Of a stretch of DNA of 64,000 nt, positions 36,706-46,088 are shown piece after piece (position 1 is the stretch's first letter; every line of letters starts with the position of its first letter). Position numbers and translations under genes: made by a program. This DNA is from an uncultured Chloroflexia bacterium (GTDB taxonomy: Bacteria > Chloroflexota > Limnocylindria > Limnocylindrales > CSP1-4), in NCBI GenBank assembly GCA_963748625.1, contig CAVVJT010000008.1:32001-96000 (forward strand), given 5' to 3'. The notes under the pieces were generated by a model. The model saw nothing but the letters and a program-made list of their open reading frames with translations, ran no database searches and was not told where the DNA came from.

Positions 36706-39222
36706 TCAGCCGCGCATCCGCAGGTTCTCGGGATCGAACACGGCCGTCGCCCCGACGGCGGCGACGGTGACCGGGTAGAGCTCGCCGATGTACTCCACGG
36801 CCAGGGTGTTGCCCGTGACCGCCTCCTCGATCGGCAGATAGGCCATGAGCAGGTGCTTGCCCACGGACACCCCGGTGGCGGCCGTTGTCACGAACGAGCG
36901 ACGGCCCTTGCGGTCGACGAGCACGGTGCCGTCAGGCTTGCATATGGGCTCGCGGCCGAGCATGTAGCGCTTGACGCCCGAGGCCGAGGTGGTGTCCTCC
37001 ACCGCGAGCGTGCACAGCAGGCTGGCCGGTCCCTCGGCGCGCTGCGCCAGGTACGCGGCCTTGCCGATGAAGTCGGCCTCCTTCACCTTGGGCCGGGCCA
37101 TGCCGGCTTCGACCAGGGTGCGGTCCAGCTCGAGCTCGTTGCCCATGAGGCGGTAGCCCTTCTCGACCCGCAGGCTGCCACCGTAGGCCGCGAGGCCCAC
37201 CGCAACCACCCCGTGCGGTTGTCCCGCCTCCCAGAGGATGTCCCACAGGCGGGCGCCCTGCTCCATGGGGACGTGGAGCTCCCAGCCCAGCTCGCCGGCA
37301 TAGGAGATCCGGGTGGCGATCACCCTGACCGACCCGATGTCAAGCGGCAGGCAGCTTCCCCACGGCAGCGCGGCGTCCGACACGTCGTCGGTGGTGGCCG
37401 ACGCGACGAGGTCGCGGGCCCGCGGTCCCCAGACCGCGATCATCGACCATGATGTGGTCACGTCGGCGAAGTTGACCGAGCCGTCGGCGGGGAGGTGGTC
37501 GGTCATCCACTTGCGGTCGGCGTTGCCCGCGAAGCCCGCGTCCACCACGCGGAAGAGGTCATAGGCAAGGCGCATCACGACGATGTCGGCCCTGATCCCA
37601 CCGGCCTCGTTGAGCAACTGCGTGTAGACCATCCGGCCGACCGGCACGTCGACCTGGCCGACGGCCATGTGCTGGAGCCAGGCGAGGGCGCCCGGGCCCG
37701 ACACGTCCCACTCGGCGAAGGCCGGGTTCTCGACCATGCCCACGCGATCGCGCAGGGCCAGGTGCTCGGCGTTGGCGATGGGGCTCCACCAGCGGCTGTC
37801 CCACTCGTGCTCGCGGTCCATGACCCGGTCGCCATACTCGGCCAGCAGCTTCTCGTTGCTCCGGTACCAGTTGGGGCGCTCCCAGCCTGAGATCTCGACG
37901 AGCTCCGCGCCCAGGGCCACGTGCTGGGCGTGCGCGGCGCCCAGGCGGACGTTGCGGTCGGTGTCCCACTGCTCGCCGGGATGGACGATGCCGTAGAACT
38001 TGGGGAACCACTCCGCGCCCCGTGACTCGACATGGAGCGGCGTCTTCTGGGTGTCGTAGAAGCGCGCGATGTTGGCGCTGGCCGGATCCATCTCCGGCTT
38101 CCCGTCGGTCATCCACTCCGCGAGCATGCGGGTGAGGCTCGGGGCCTCCTTGATCCACATGGCCGCGCACGACCAGAGGCCCTTCACCTCGGGCGTCTCG
38201 CCGAGGAGCGGCATGCCGTCTGCGGTCAGCGAGATGAGGCCGTTGATCGCGTGCTTGATGCCCACCTTCTCGTTGCCGACGATGGCCGGGTAGAGCTCGA
38301 GGGCCTTCTCCATGTGCTCGTCGAAGTCCTCGGGGGTGAATGGCATCTCGGTCGGCGTGAGGCGCGCCTGCTCGTTGGACGGGATGTCCTCCACCGGCAC
38401 CAGGATCGAGCGGTGGGCGTACGACCCGATCTCGAGGTCGCCGCCCGCCTGGCGCTCGTACATCCGGGCGTCCATGTCCCGGATGACGGGGAAGGCGAGC
38501 GGGTTGTCGAGCGCCTCGAACTCGGGCACCGGGCCCACGTCGATCATCTGGTGCACCGCCGGCACGAGCGGGATCACCGCCCCGGCCATCGCGGCCACCT
38601 TGCGGCTCCAGACGCCGCCGCAGACGACGATGAGGTCGGCGGCGATGTGGCCCTTGGTCGTGGTGATCCCTGTGACCCGGCCACGCTCCACGTCCACGCC
38701 CAGGACCTCGGTGTTGGCCGAGACCGTGAGCGCGCCCATCTCCATGGCCCGCTCGCGCCAGATCGTTCCGGCGTAGAGCGGGTCCACCACGCCGACCATC
38801 GGCACGTGGAACCCGCCGAGGATCTTGGTGTCGTCCAGGAAGGGCATCAGGTCCCGGACGCCGGCCGGGCCGAGCAGCTCGGCGTCCACCCCGTACGCGT
38901 GTGCCGCGGACAGCCGCCGGCGGAGCTCGTGCATCCGCTCCTCGGTCCGGGCGACCTCGATCCCGCCGCACCGGGTGAACACGCCCATGTCCGTGAACTG
39001 CCCGATCCCGTCGAGGCACCACTCGGTCATCTGGCGCGAGTACTCGACCGGGAAGGTGAAGGACGAGGCGTGGCCGGTGGAGCCGCCCGGGTTGGGCAGC
39101 GGACCCTTGTCCAACTGGACCATGTCCCGCCAGCCGAGGCGGGCCAGGTGGTACGCGAGACCGTTCCCGGCGATGCCGGCGCCCACGATGACGACCCGAG
39201 CCTGGGTCGGCAGTTCACTCAT
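36706..39222 (-). CDS. FAD/GcvT-family demethylating oxidoreductase #2
   Basis: ATG 39222; VIVGAGIAG, GGSTGHAS, TADGMPLLG, GWERPNW, RISYAGELGWELH, LRVEKGYR. Confidence 0.93.
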   Translation of the reverse strand: MSELPTQARVVIVGAGIAGNGLAYHLARLGWRDMVQLDKGPLPNPGGSTGHASSFTFPVEYSRQMTEWCLDGIGQFTDMGVFTRCGGIEVARTEERMHELRRRLSAAHAYGVDAELLGPAGVRDLMPFLDDTKILGGFHVPMVGVVDPLYAGTIWRERAMEMGALTVSANTEVLGVDVERGRVTGITTTKGHIAADLIVVCGGVWSRKVAAMAGAVIPLVPAVHQMIDVGPVPEFEALDNPLAFPVIRDMDARMYERQAGGDLEIGSYAHRSILVPVEDIPSNEQARLTPTEMPFTPEDFDEHMEKALELYPAIVGNEKVGIKHAINGLISLTADGMPLLGETPEVKGLWSCAAMWIKEAPSLTRMLAEWMTDGKPEMDPASANIARFYDTQKTPLHVESRGAEWFPKFYGIVHPGEQWDTDRNVRLGAAHAQHVALGAELVEISGWERPNWYRSNEKLLAEYGDRVMDREHEWDSRWWSPIANAEHLALRDRVGMVENPAFAEWDVSGPGALAWLQHMAVGQVDVPVGRMVYTQLLNEAGGIRADIVVMRLAYDLFRVVDAGFAGNADRKWMTDHLPADGSVNFADVTTSWSMIAVWGPRARDLVASATTDDVSDAALPWGSCLPLDIGSVRVIATRISYAGELGWELHVPMEQGARLWDILWEAGQPHGVVAVGLAAYGGSLRVEKGYRLMGNELELDRTLVEAGMARPKVKEADFIGKAAYLAQRAEGPASLLCTLAVEDTTSASGVKRYMLGREPICKPDGTVLVDRKGRRSFVTTAATGVSVGKHLLMAYLPIEEAVTGNTLAVEYIGELYPVTVAAVGATAVFDPENLRMRG

Positions 39223-39401
39223 CGTCGTTTCCTCACCTGCGGGGGACCTGAGGCGCGCCTCCCATAACCGGGTACGAGGCGGGCGACGGCGGCATTCTGG
39301 CAGCATGCGGGCGTCGCAAGCGCAGCGATTTCCGGTCCCCGCGCGCCAAGCCCTGCACGAATGGCGATGGGAGTTCCGGCGAGCCGTTGCAACGCTGCCA
39401 A

Positions 39402-39424
39402 ATCGTTCCGGATTGCGGAACGAT
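39402..39424. promoter_or_regulatory. GTTCC-N7-GGAAC palindrome (third putative IclR operator)
   Basis: ATCGTTCCGGATTGCGGAACGAT upstream of GcvT #2. Confidence 0.65.
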
Positions 39425-39441
39425 GGCGACGATGCCGGGGG

Positions 39442-40191
39442 TCAGGGCTCCGCCCGCAGCACGGCCGACATCCGACCCGCCGCGTCGGCCACCAGGCGCC
39501 CGATCCCGTCCCTGCGGCCGGGGGGCGGGAAACGGAACGAGGGACCGTGCAGGCCGATGGAGCACACGAACCGCCCGCTCGCGTCGGCAACCCCGGCTGC
39601 CACCGACGTCAGGCCTTCGTGCGCTTCGCCGACCACCCACGCGTAGCGGGCCTCCACGATCGCGCGCAGCCGCCAGCGCAGGACGTTCGGGTCGGTGATC
39701 GTGGCCAGCGTGGCCGCCTCCAGCCGCTCGGACAGATAGGCGGCCATCTCAGCGTCGCTGTAGCTGGTCAGCAGGACCTGGCCGCCGGACGTCTGGTGCA
39801 TCGGGATGCGGGAGCCGGTCCAGTCCCGGACCGAGATCTCGTGGCTCCCTCCGACCTGGTCGATGAACAGGGTCTGGCGTCCGTCGGGGAGCCCGAGCAT
39901 GGCGATCTCACCGGTTGCCTCGGCGATCTCCGTGAGGAACGGCCGGGCGATCGACACGAGCCGCTGGGCGGGTTGCAGGCCCCGCGCGAGCTGCCGCATG
40001 CGTGGTCCGACGTGATAGTGCCCGCCCGAGAGCTGCTCCACGGCCTGCTGGTCCTTGAGGGCTGCCAGGATTCGGGCGGTGGTGGACTTCGGCAGCCCGA
40101 CGCGACGGGCGATCTCGCTGACCCCGAGCGGGCCGCCGCCGAGCGCTTCGAGGATGGCGAACGCCCGGTCAACCGACTGGACGTGCGCCAT
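39442..40191 (-). CDS. IclR family regulator #2 (paralog of #1)
   Basis: VQSVDRAFAIL, GLPKSTTARIL; shares RDWTG and HGPS.RFP with IclR #1. Confidence 0.92.
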   Translation of the reverse strand: MAHVQSVDRAFAILEALGGGPLGVSEIARRVGLPKSTTARILAALKDQQAVEQLSGGHYHVGPRMRQLARGLQPAQRLVSIARPFLTEIAEATGEIAMLGLPDGRQTLFIDQVGGSHEISVRDWTGSRIPMHQTSGGQVLLTSYSDAEMAAYLSERLEAATLATITDPNVLRWRLRAIVEARYAWVVGEAHEGLTSVAAGVADASGRFVCSIGLHGPSFRFPPPGRRDGIGRLVADAAGRMSAVLRAEP

Positions 40192-40327
40192 CGACTCCTC
40201 CACGTTCGGTGTTGCCGGCGCCTGCCGGGCCGGGGATCGCCATTGTGACCGACCGCAGGCCGTCCGCGAACCCAGGCGTGGCGGCGTGGCGGGGCGGCCC
40301 GGACCACCCCCCCGACCCCGCCTCGTT

Positions 40328-41299
40328 TCAGGTCTTCCTGGATCGGAGCTCCGCGGCGAGCGCAGGCGCCACCTCGAACATGTCGCCCACGACGAACAAG
40401 TCCGCGATCTCGGCCATGGGGGCCTCCGGGTCCTTGTTCACGGCCACGATCGCGTCGGAGCGCTGCATGCCCACGCGGTGCTGCATCGCCCCCGAGACCC
40501 CGAGCGCGACGTACAGGGCCGGCTTCACCATCTTCCCGGTCTGGCCCACCTGGCGGGCATACGGGATCCAGCCGGCGTCCACCGCCGCCCGTGAGGCGCC
40601 CACCACGCCGCCAAGGGCGTCCGCAAGATCCTCCACGACGCGGAAGCCTTCCTCGCTGCCCACGCCGCGCCCGCCGGTGACCACGACGCGGGCGTCCTCG
40701 AGCGACACCTGCGAACCTGCCTCCGCCACCCGGTCACGGACCGCGACGGTCGTCCCGACGGGTCCCGCCGGCTCTCGAGCCTCCACGGTCCCGGTGGTGC
40801 CGGCGGGCTGCGCGGTGATCGAGGTGGGCCGTACGGTGATGACGCCGCACGGGCCGGTGATCGTGCTCCGGACGATGGCCTTGCCCGCGAGCACCAGGGA
40901 GGAGATCTCCGGGGCGCCGTCCACCCAGGTGGCTCCGTCGGCGTTGGCGAGATAGCCCCAGCCCGTGCGCGCGAGCAGGGCGCCCGCGACGTCGCGGCTG
41001 TCGGTGCCGGCGCCGAGAATCACGTGTGTCACGCCCTCGTCCACGAGCCGCAGCACCTCGGCGAGCACGTGGGCTGCCGGGAGCTGGTCCGCCAGCGCGG
41101 GCACCGGGACGGCCACGACGCGCGGCAGGTACGTGGCGAGCTCGGCTGCGGCGACGGTGGGGTCCGGCGCGACCACGAGGCCGAGCACCGGTGCGCCGGC
41201 CTGTGCGGCCAGTGACCGGGCGAGCGTGGCCGCCTCGGCCGACAGGCGGGTGAGGTCGCCGTCGGCGACCTCGGCGACGGCGAGGATCACGGGGGGCAT
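40328..41299 (-). CDS. etfA: ETF alpha subunit #2
   Basis: TGGRGVG, GASRAAVDAG, QVGQTG, GVSGAMQH, VNKDPEAP. Confidence 0.92.
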   Translation of the reverse strand: MPPVILAVAEVADGDLTRLSAEAATLARSLAAQAGAPVLGLVVAPDPTVAAAELATYLPRVVAVPVPALADQLPAAHVLAEVLRLVDEGVTHVILGAGTDSRDVAGALLARTGWGYLANADGATWVDGAPEISSLVLAGKAIVRSTITGPCGVITVRPTSITAQPAGTTGTVEAREPAGPVGTTVAVRDRVAEAGSQVSLEDARVVVTGGRGVGSEEGFRVVEDLADALGGVVGASRAAVDAGWIPYARQVGQTGKMVKPALYVALGVSGAMQHRVGMQRSDAIVAVNKDPEAPMAEIADLFVVGDMFEVAPALAAELRSRKT

Positions 41300-42084
41300 C
41301 AGATGATCCTCCGGTCAGCGAGGAAGTCGGCGATCTCACGTGCCGCGTCGGCTGCGGGCAGGTTGATGACCCGGCCCGCGGCCCGGGCGGGCGGTGGCTC
41401 CACGGCCACCACGGAGCTGGTCCAGGCGCCGTCCGCCGGGGCCAGCCCGTCTCCGAGATCGGCCAGGGACAGGCGCCGGATCTCGCGGGTCCGGGCCGCC
41501 ATGATCCCCTTGAGCGACGGGTAGCGCGGCGTGCCGAGCGCCTGGGTCCCGGTCACGACGGCCGGCATCGGGGCTTCGACAAGGTCGTACCCCTTCGCCG
41601 AGAGGCGGCGGACCTGGACGTGTCCGGCCGCCGGATCGGGCTCGATGCGCGCCGCGGCCGACAGCAGCGGCAGGCCGAGCAGCGAGGCCACCCCCGCCGC
41701 CACCACACCGCCCCCGCCGTCGGAGGTCTCGAGACCGGCGAGCAGGAGGTCGAACTCCTCCGTTCGCACGGCCGCGGCGAGGACGCGGATGGTCGTGGGG
41801 ACGTCGGCGCCGGCGAGGGCGTCGTCACACACGAGCACGCCGCGCTGGGCCCCCATCGCGAGCGCCTTGCGCATGGTGTCGATCCCATGCCCGGGCGCCA
41901 TGGTCAGGATGGCCACCTCACCGCCGTGCGCCTCCACGAGCTGCAGGGCAGCTTCGAGCGCGTACTCGTCATTGCCGTTGACGACGTTCGGCGAGGATGT
42001 CCGGTCGAGCCGGTTGTCAGGGCCCAGCTTCTCCGCCGCAATGGCGGTGTCCGGGACGGGCTTGGTCAGGACAAGGATGCGCAT
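41299..42084 (-). CDS. etfB: ETF beta subunit #2
   Basis: KPVPDT, DEYALEAAL, ALAMGA, PRYPSLKGIM. Confidence 0.92.
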   Translation of the reverse strand: MRILVLTKPVPDTAIAAEKLGPDNRLDRTSSPNVVNGNDEYALEAALQLVEAHGGEVAILTMAPGHGIDTMRKALAMGAQRGVLVCDDALAGADVPTTIRVLAAAVRTEEFDLLLAGLETSDGGGGVVAAGVASLLGLPLLSAAARIEPDPAAGHVQVRRLSAKGYDLVEAPMPAVVTGTQALGTPRYPSLKGIMAARTREIRRLSLADLGDGLAPADGAWTSSVVAVEPPPARAAGRVINLPAADAAREIADFLADRRII

Positions 42085-42091
42085 CGCCGGT

Positions 42092-44514
42092 TCAGGCGCG
42101 CGGGAGGAGGTTGGCCGGGTCGTACGCCGGCTCGGCCAGGACCACGGCCGGCCTGCGGTCGCCCAGCAATGCCACCGTGAGCTCCGTGCCCGCCGCCTCC
42201 GACCCGGTCGCGACGTACGCGAAGGCGTAGCTCCGGCCGGTCGCGTGCCCGTGCCCGCCCGACGTCGTCACGCCCACCGCGACATCGCCGGCGTACACCG
42301 GCTCACCGCCGCGCGGGTCGTAGTCGGATGCGTCCACGGCCAGCAGGACCAGGTGGGTCGCTGCGCCCTCCGCCTGCCGCGCCTCCACGGCCGCCCGGCC
42401 GCGGAAGTCGTGGTCGAAGCGGACGAACCGGAGCATGCCGGCCTCGACCGGCGTGATCTCGTTGGTCAGCTCGGCGCCCCAGCCCGCGTACCCCTTCTCA
42501 AGGCGCAGGCTGTTCATCGCGTACAGGCCGAAGTCGGCGATCCCGAACGGCTCGCCCTCGGCCCACACCGCCTCGTACACCGCGACCGCCGAGGCCATCG
42601 GCACGTGGAGCTCCCAGCCCAGCTCGCCGACGTAGTTGACCCGCAGCGCGATCACGTCCTGCCCGGCCACACGGGCGGCCTTGGCGGTGAGCCAGGGGAA
42701 GGCCTCGTTCGACAGGTCGGCGTCGGTGATCCCGGCCAGGACCTCCCGGGCCCGCGGCCCGGCCACGATCAGCGTGGTGTACGCCTCGGTCAGGTCCTCG
42801 ATCGTGACGTCCTCGCCGTCGGCCACCGCCAAGCGCAGCATGTCCAGGTCCTGCAGGTGGGCGTAGGCGCCCGACAGCACCAGGAACCGGTCGCCGGGCA
42901 GCCGGGTGATGGTCGCCTCGGTCAGGAAGCGGCCGTTGTCCGACAGGGCGTGCGCAAGCACCATGCCGCCCTCACGGCGCGGCATCCTGTTGGCGAACAC
43001 CCGCTCCAGGGCTGCGGACGCGTCAGAACCCGACACCATGTACGTCGCGAACGACGGCAGCTCCATCACGCCCACGCGCTCGCGCACGGCCCGGCACTCC
43101 TCGGCCACGACCGGGAACGCGTTCGTCCGGCGGAACGTCGGCTCCTCCTCGGTGACGCCCGCCGGCGGGAACCACTTCGGGCGCTCCCAGCCGAAGCCTT
43201 CGCCGAAGATGCAGCCCTTGGCCGCCAGCACCGGGTACAGCGGGGAGGCCTTCGCGGGACGGCCGTCGAGCCGCTCCTCGCCGGGCGGGACCAGCCGGTA
43301 CATGTCCCAGTACTCGCGGTGCGCCTTGGCCGACGCGTAGTCCTGGTCGCAGAACGGCCCGTACCGGCGCGGATCCATGCCCAGCATGTTGATCTCGGCA
43401 TCGCCGTGGACCATCTGCTGCGCGAGGAAGCGGCCGCAGCCGGGACCCTGCGCGATGCCGATGCCCGTGCCGGTGGCCAGCCAGTAGTTGCGCACGCCCG
43501 GTGCGGGTCCCACCAACGGGTTGGAGTCGGGCGTGTGCGAGATCGCCCCGTTCACGACCTTCTTGATCCCGGCCTCGGCGAAGATGGGCATGCGCTCCAT
43601 CACGCGCTCGAGGTACGGCAGGATCCGGTCCAGCTGGGGCTCGAAGAGCTCGAACGTGGAGTCCCAGGCCGGGCCGCCCTGCGCCTTCCAGGCCTCCTCG
43701 GTGTCCTCGTGCTCGTAGATGCCGATCAGGCCCGACTTCTGCTCCTGGCGGTAGTACGAGGAGCAGTGCGGGTCGCGCATGACCGGGATCTCGCCGTCGC
43801 GCTCCAGGAACTCCTTGACCGGCCCCGTCACCACGTACTGGTGCTTCATGTTCGCGAAGCGCGTCTGGACGCCCAGCCAGGCCGACACGCGATCGGCGAA
43901 GCAGCCCGCGGCGTTCACGACGTGCTCGGCGGTGACGTCGCCCTTGTCGGTGCGCACGAGGAACTCGCCCGTGGGCAGCTGCTCGATGCCCAGCACCCGG
44001 GTGTGGATCGAGATGGACGCGCCCAGGCCCTTCGCCTGCTTGGCCATCTGGTTGCAGGCGGAGCTGACGGGTCGACGTAGCCGTCGTCGAGCGTCCACGC
44101 GCCCGCCAGCACGCCCTCGGTGGTGACGTACGGGTTGATCCGCCGGATTTCCTCGGGCGAGATGACCTGCATCCGGAACCCCATCAGGTCCGACACGCCG
44201 GCGACCTTCTTGAAGTAGTCCAGCTCCAGCTGGTTCGTGGCGAAGCGGATACCGCCCGCCTGGTGCCAGCCGGTGGCCTGCGTCTCCGCCTCGAGCCGTG
44301 CGTACAGGTCGTTCGAGTAGGCGTGGACCTTGGCCAGGCTGTAGTCCGCGATGAACGACGGGCACTGTCCGGCGGCGTGCCAGGTGGAGCCCGACGTCAG
44401 CTCGCCCTTCTCGATGAGCAGGACGTCGGTCCAGCCCTCCAGCGCCAGCCCGTGGAGGAGGCCGATGCCCATGGCGCCTCCGCCGATGATCACGACGCGT
44501 GCCTGTGACTGCAT
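42092..44514 (-). CDS. FAD/GcvT-family demethylating oxidoreductase #3 (DMGDH-like), frameshift near 44068
   Basis: ORF 43915-44514 (IIGGGAMG, LTSGSTWHAAG, DGYVDP) joins ORF 42092-44365 (TPDSNPLVG, GWERPKW, YVGELGWELH, LRLEKGY). Confidence 0.87.
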
Positions 44515-44526
44515 GATCAGCCTCCC

Positions 44527-46066
44527 TCAGATGCGCCAGCGGGCGTTCCCGGGCCGCATCGCGGACCGGGGCAGCTGGATGTCGAACTGTTCCCGGAGCC
44601 GCCGGTCCGTGGTCTCGTCAATGTGCTCGGGGTAGTAGGTCGTGAGGACGTCCCGCACGCGCTCCCGTGCCCGATCGCGCACGTCGTGATAGCCATCCTC
44701 CTCCCAGGCCGTGGGAGGTCGGCGGTCGCCCACCTGCGGGTAGACGAAGTCCGTCTTCATCCGGGCCAGCGTGTCCGGCTGGCCCAGGAAGTGGCCTTCG
44801 CCTGCGACGACGTTGCGGATCACGTCGAAGGCGAGCGTCTCCTCGCTCACCTCCACGCCGCGGATCCCGCGCATGACCGAGCCAAGCATGTCGTTGTCGA
44901 TGACCAGCGCCTCGAGCGACACGGACATCAGGCTCGCCTGCATGCCGGCCGCCTCGAGCACCATCGAGGCGCCCGCTTGGGCGGCGAGGGTGATGGTGTG
45001 CCCCTTCTCGGCGCCGGCCTGCGCGTCGGGGATCTTGGCGTCGGTCATGCCCGCGGCCACGCTGCCGGGCAGGTCCCAGAACCGCAGGAGCTGCGCGCAC
45101 ACCGCGGCCATCGCGCCCTGCTCGCCGCTGCCGCCGGTCATGGCACCCGTGCGCAGGTCGGAGACGAACGGGAAGAACGAGATGGGCGCGGCACAGGCGG
45201 GGTCCAGGAGCGAGGCGAAGACGAGGCCCGCGAGTCCATCGGCGGCGGCCTGCGCCACGGTGCCCGCGAGCGTCACAGGTCCGGTCGCCCCGGCCTGGGG
45301 CGCGATCACCAAGTTGACGGGCACCCCGGCGCGGATGCCCGCCTCGAGCGCGAGGCAGGAGTCCGCGGCGAACCGCATCGGCGGCACCACGAAGGTGCAC
45401 GCGATCGACGCGATGGGCCGCTCCCGGCGCGCCCGCTCCCCGCCCGCCACCACGTCGAGGAGCTCAACGCCGCGCTGCACGCTGGCGTCGTTGACGAACG
45501 AGGCCGTGGCGTGCTTGGTGGAGCCCGCCAGCAGGGCGTACATGGTGTTGAGGTCCATCGCCTCCCAGCCGTCCACGTCGCGGGCGACCGAGGTGCGCCA
45601 GTTGAAGTGGATGTTGTCGAGGCGGTCGATGAGGCGGCTGATGTCGTAGACATCGGCGAGGGTCGAGGGGCGGGTCCGGTCCGTCCCGAAGTCCAGCATC
45701 AGCGGCGCCGCGCCGGCGGTCCCGAGGTGCACACGCCCGCCGCCGAGCAGCAGATCGTGGCGGGGGTCCTGGCCGGCCAGCAGCACGCTGCTCGGCGACC
45801 TGGCGATGACGTCCTCCAGCGAGGGCCCGCGGGATGTGCAGGCGGCCGTCGTCGTCGAGGCGGCAGCCACCCGCGGTCATCACCTCGATCATCGACGGGG
45901 TCGCACCGGCGTAGCCGATCTCGTCCGCGAGCCGCAGCGCCGTGGCGTGCAGCAGCTCCAGCTCGTGGCGGGTCAGGGGCTCGTAGCGGCCGCCCACCAG
46001 GCCGGCGGGCGCGACGGGCGCGGTCTCTCCGCTGCGGGGCCGTTCCCGTCGTCCGGTTCGCGTCAT
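44527..46066 (-). CDS. MttB superfamily methyltransferase, non-pyrrolysine, #2, frameshift near 45819
   Basis: N-terminal GGRYEPL..LHATAL..EIG joins QAGATGPVTLAG, SDLRTGAM, TDAKIPDAQAG, GHFLG. Confidence 0.85.
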
Positions 46067-46088
46067 GGCGGCCTCCCTCGCGTGGTCG

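Noticed and set aside
27875-46066. Pyrrolysine-dependent MttB
   Set aside because: Neither MttB has an in-frame TAG, no pyl genes are in the window, and TAG is a routine stop here.
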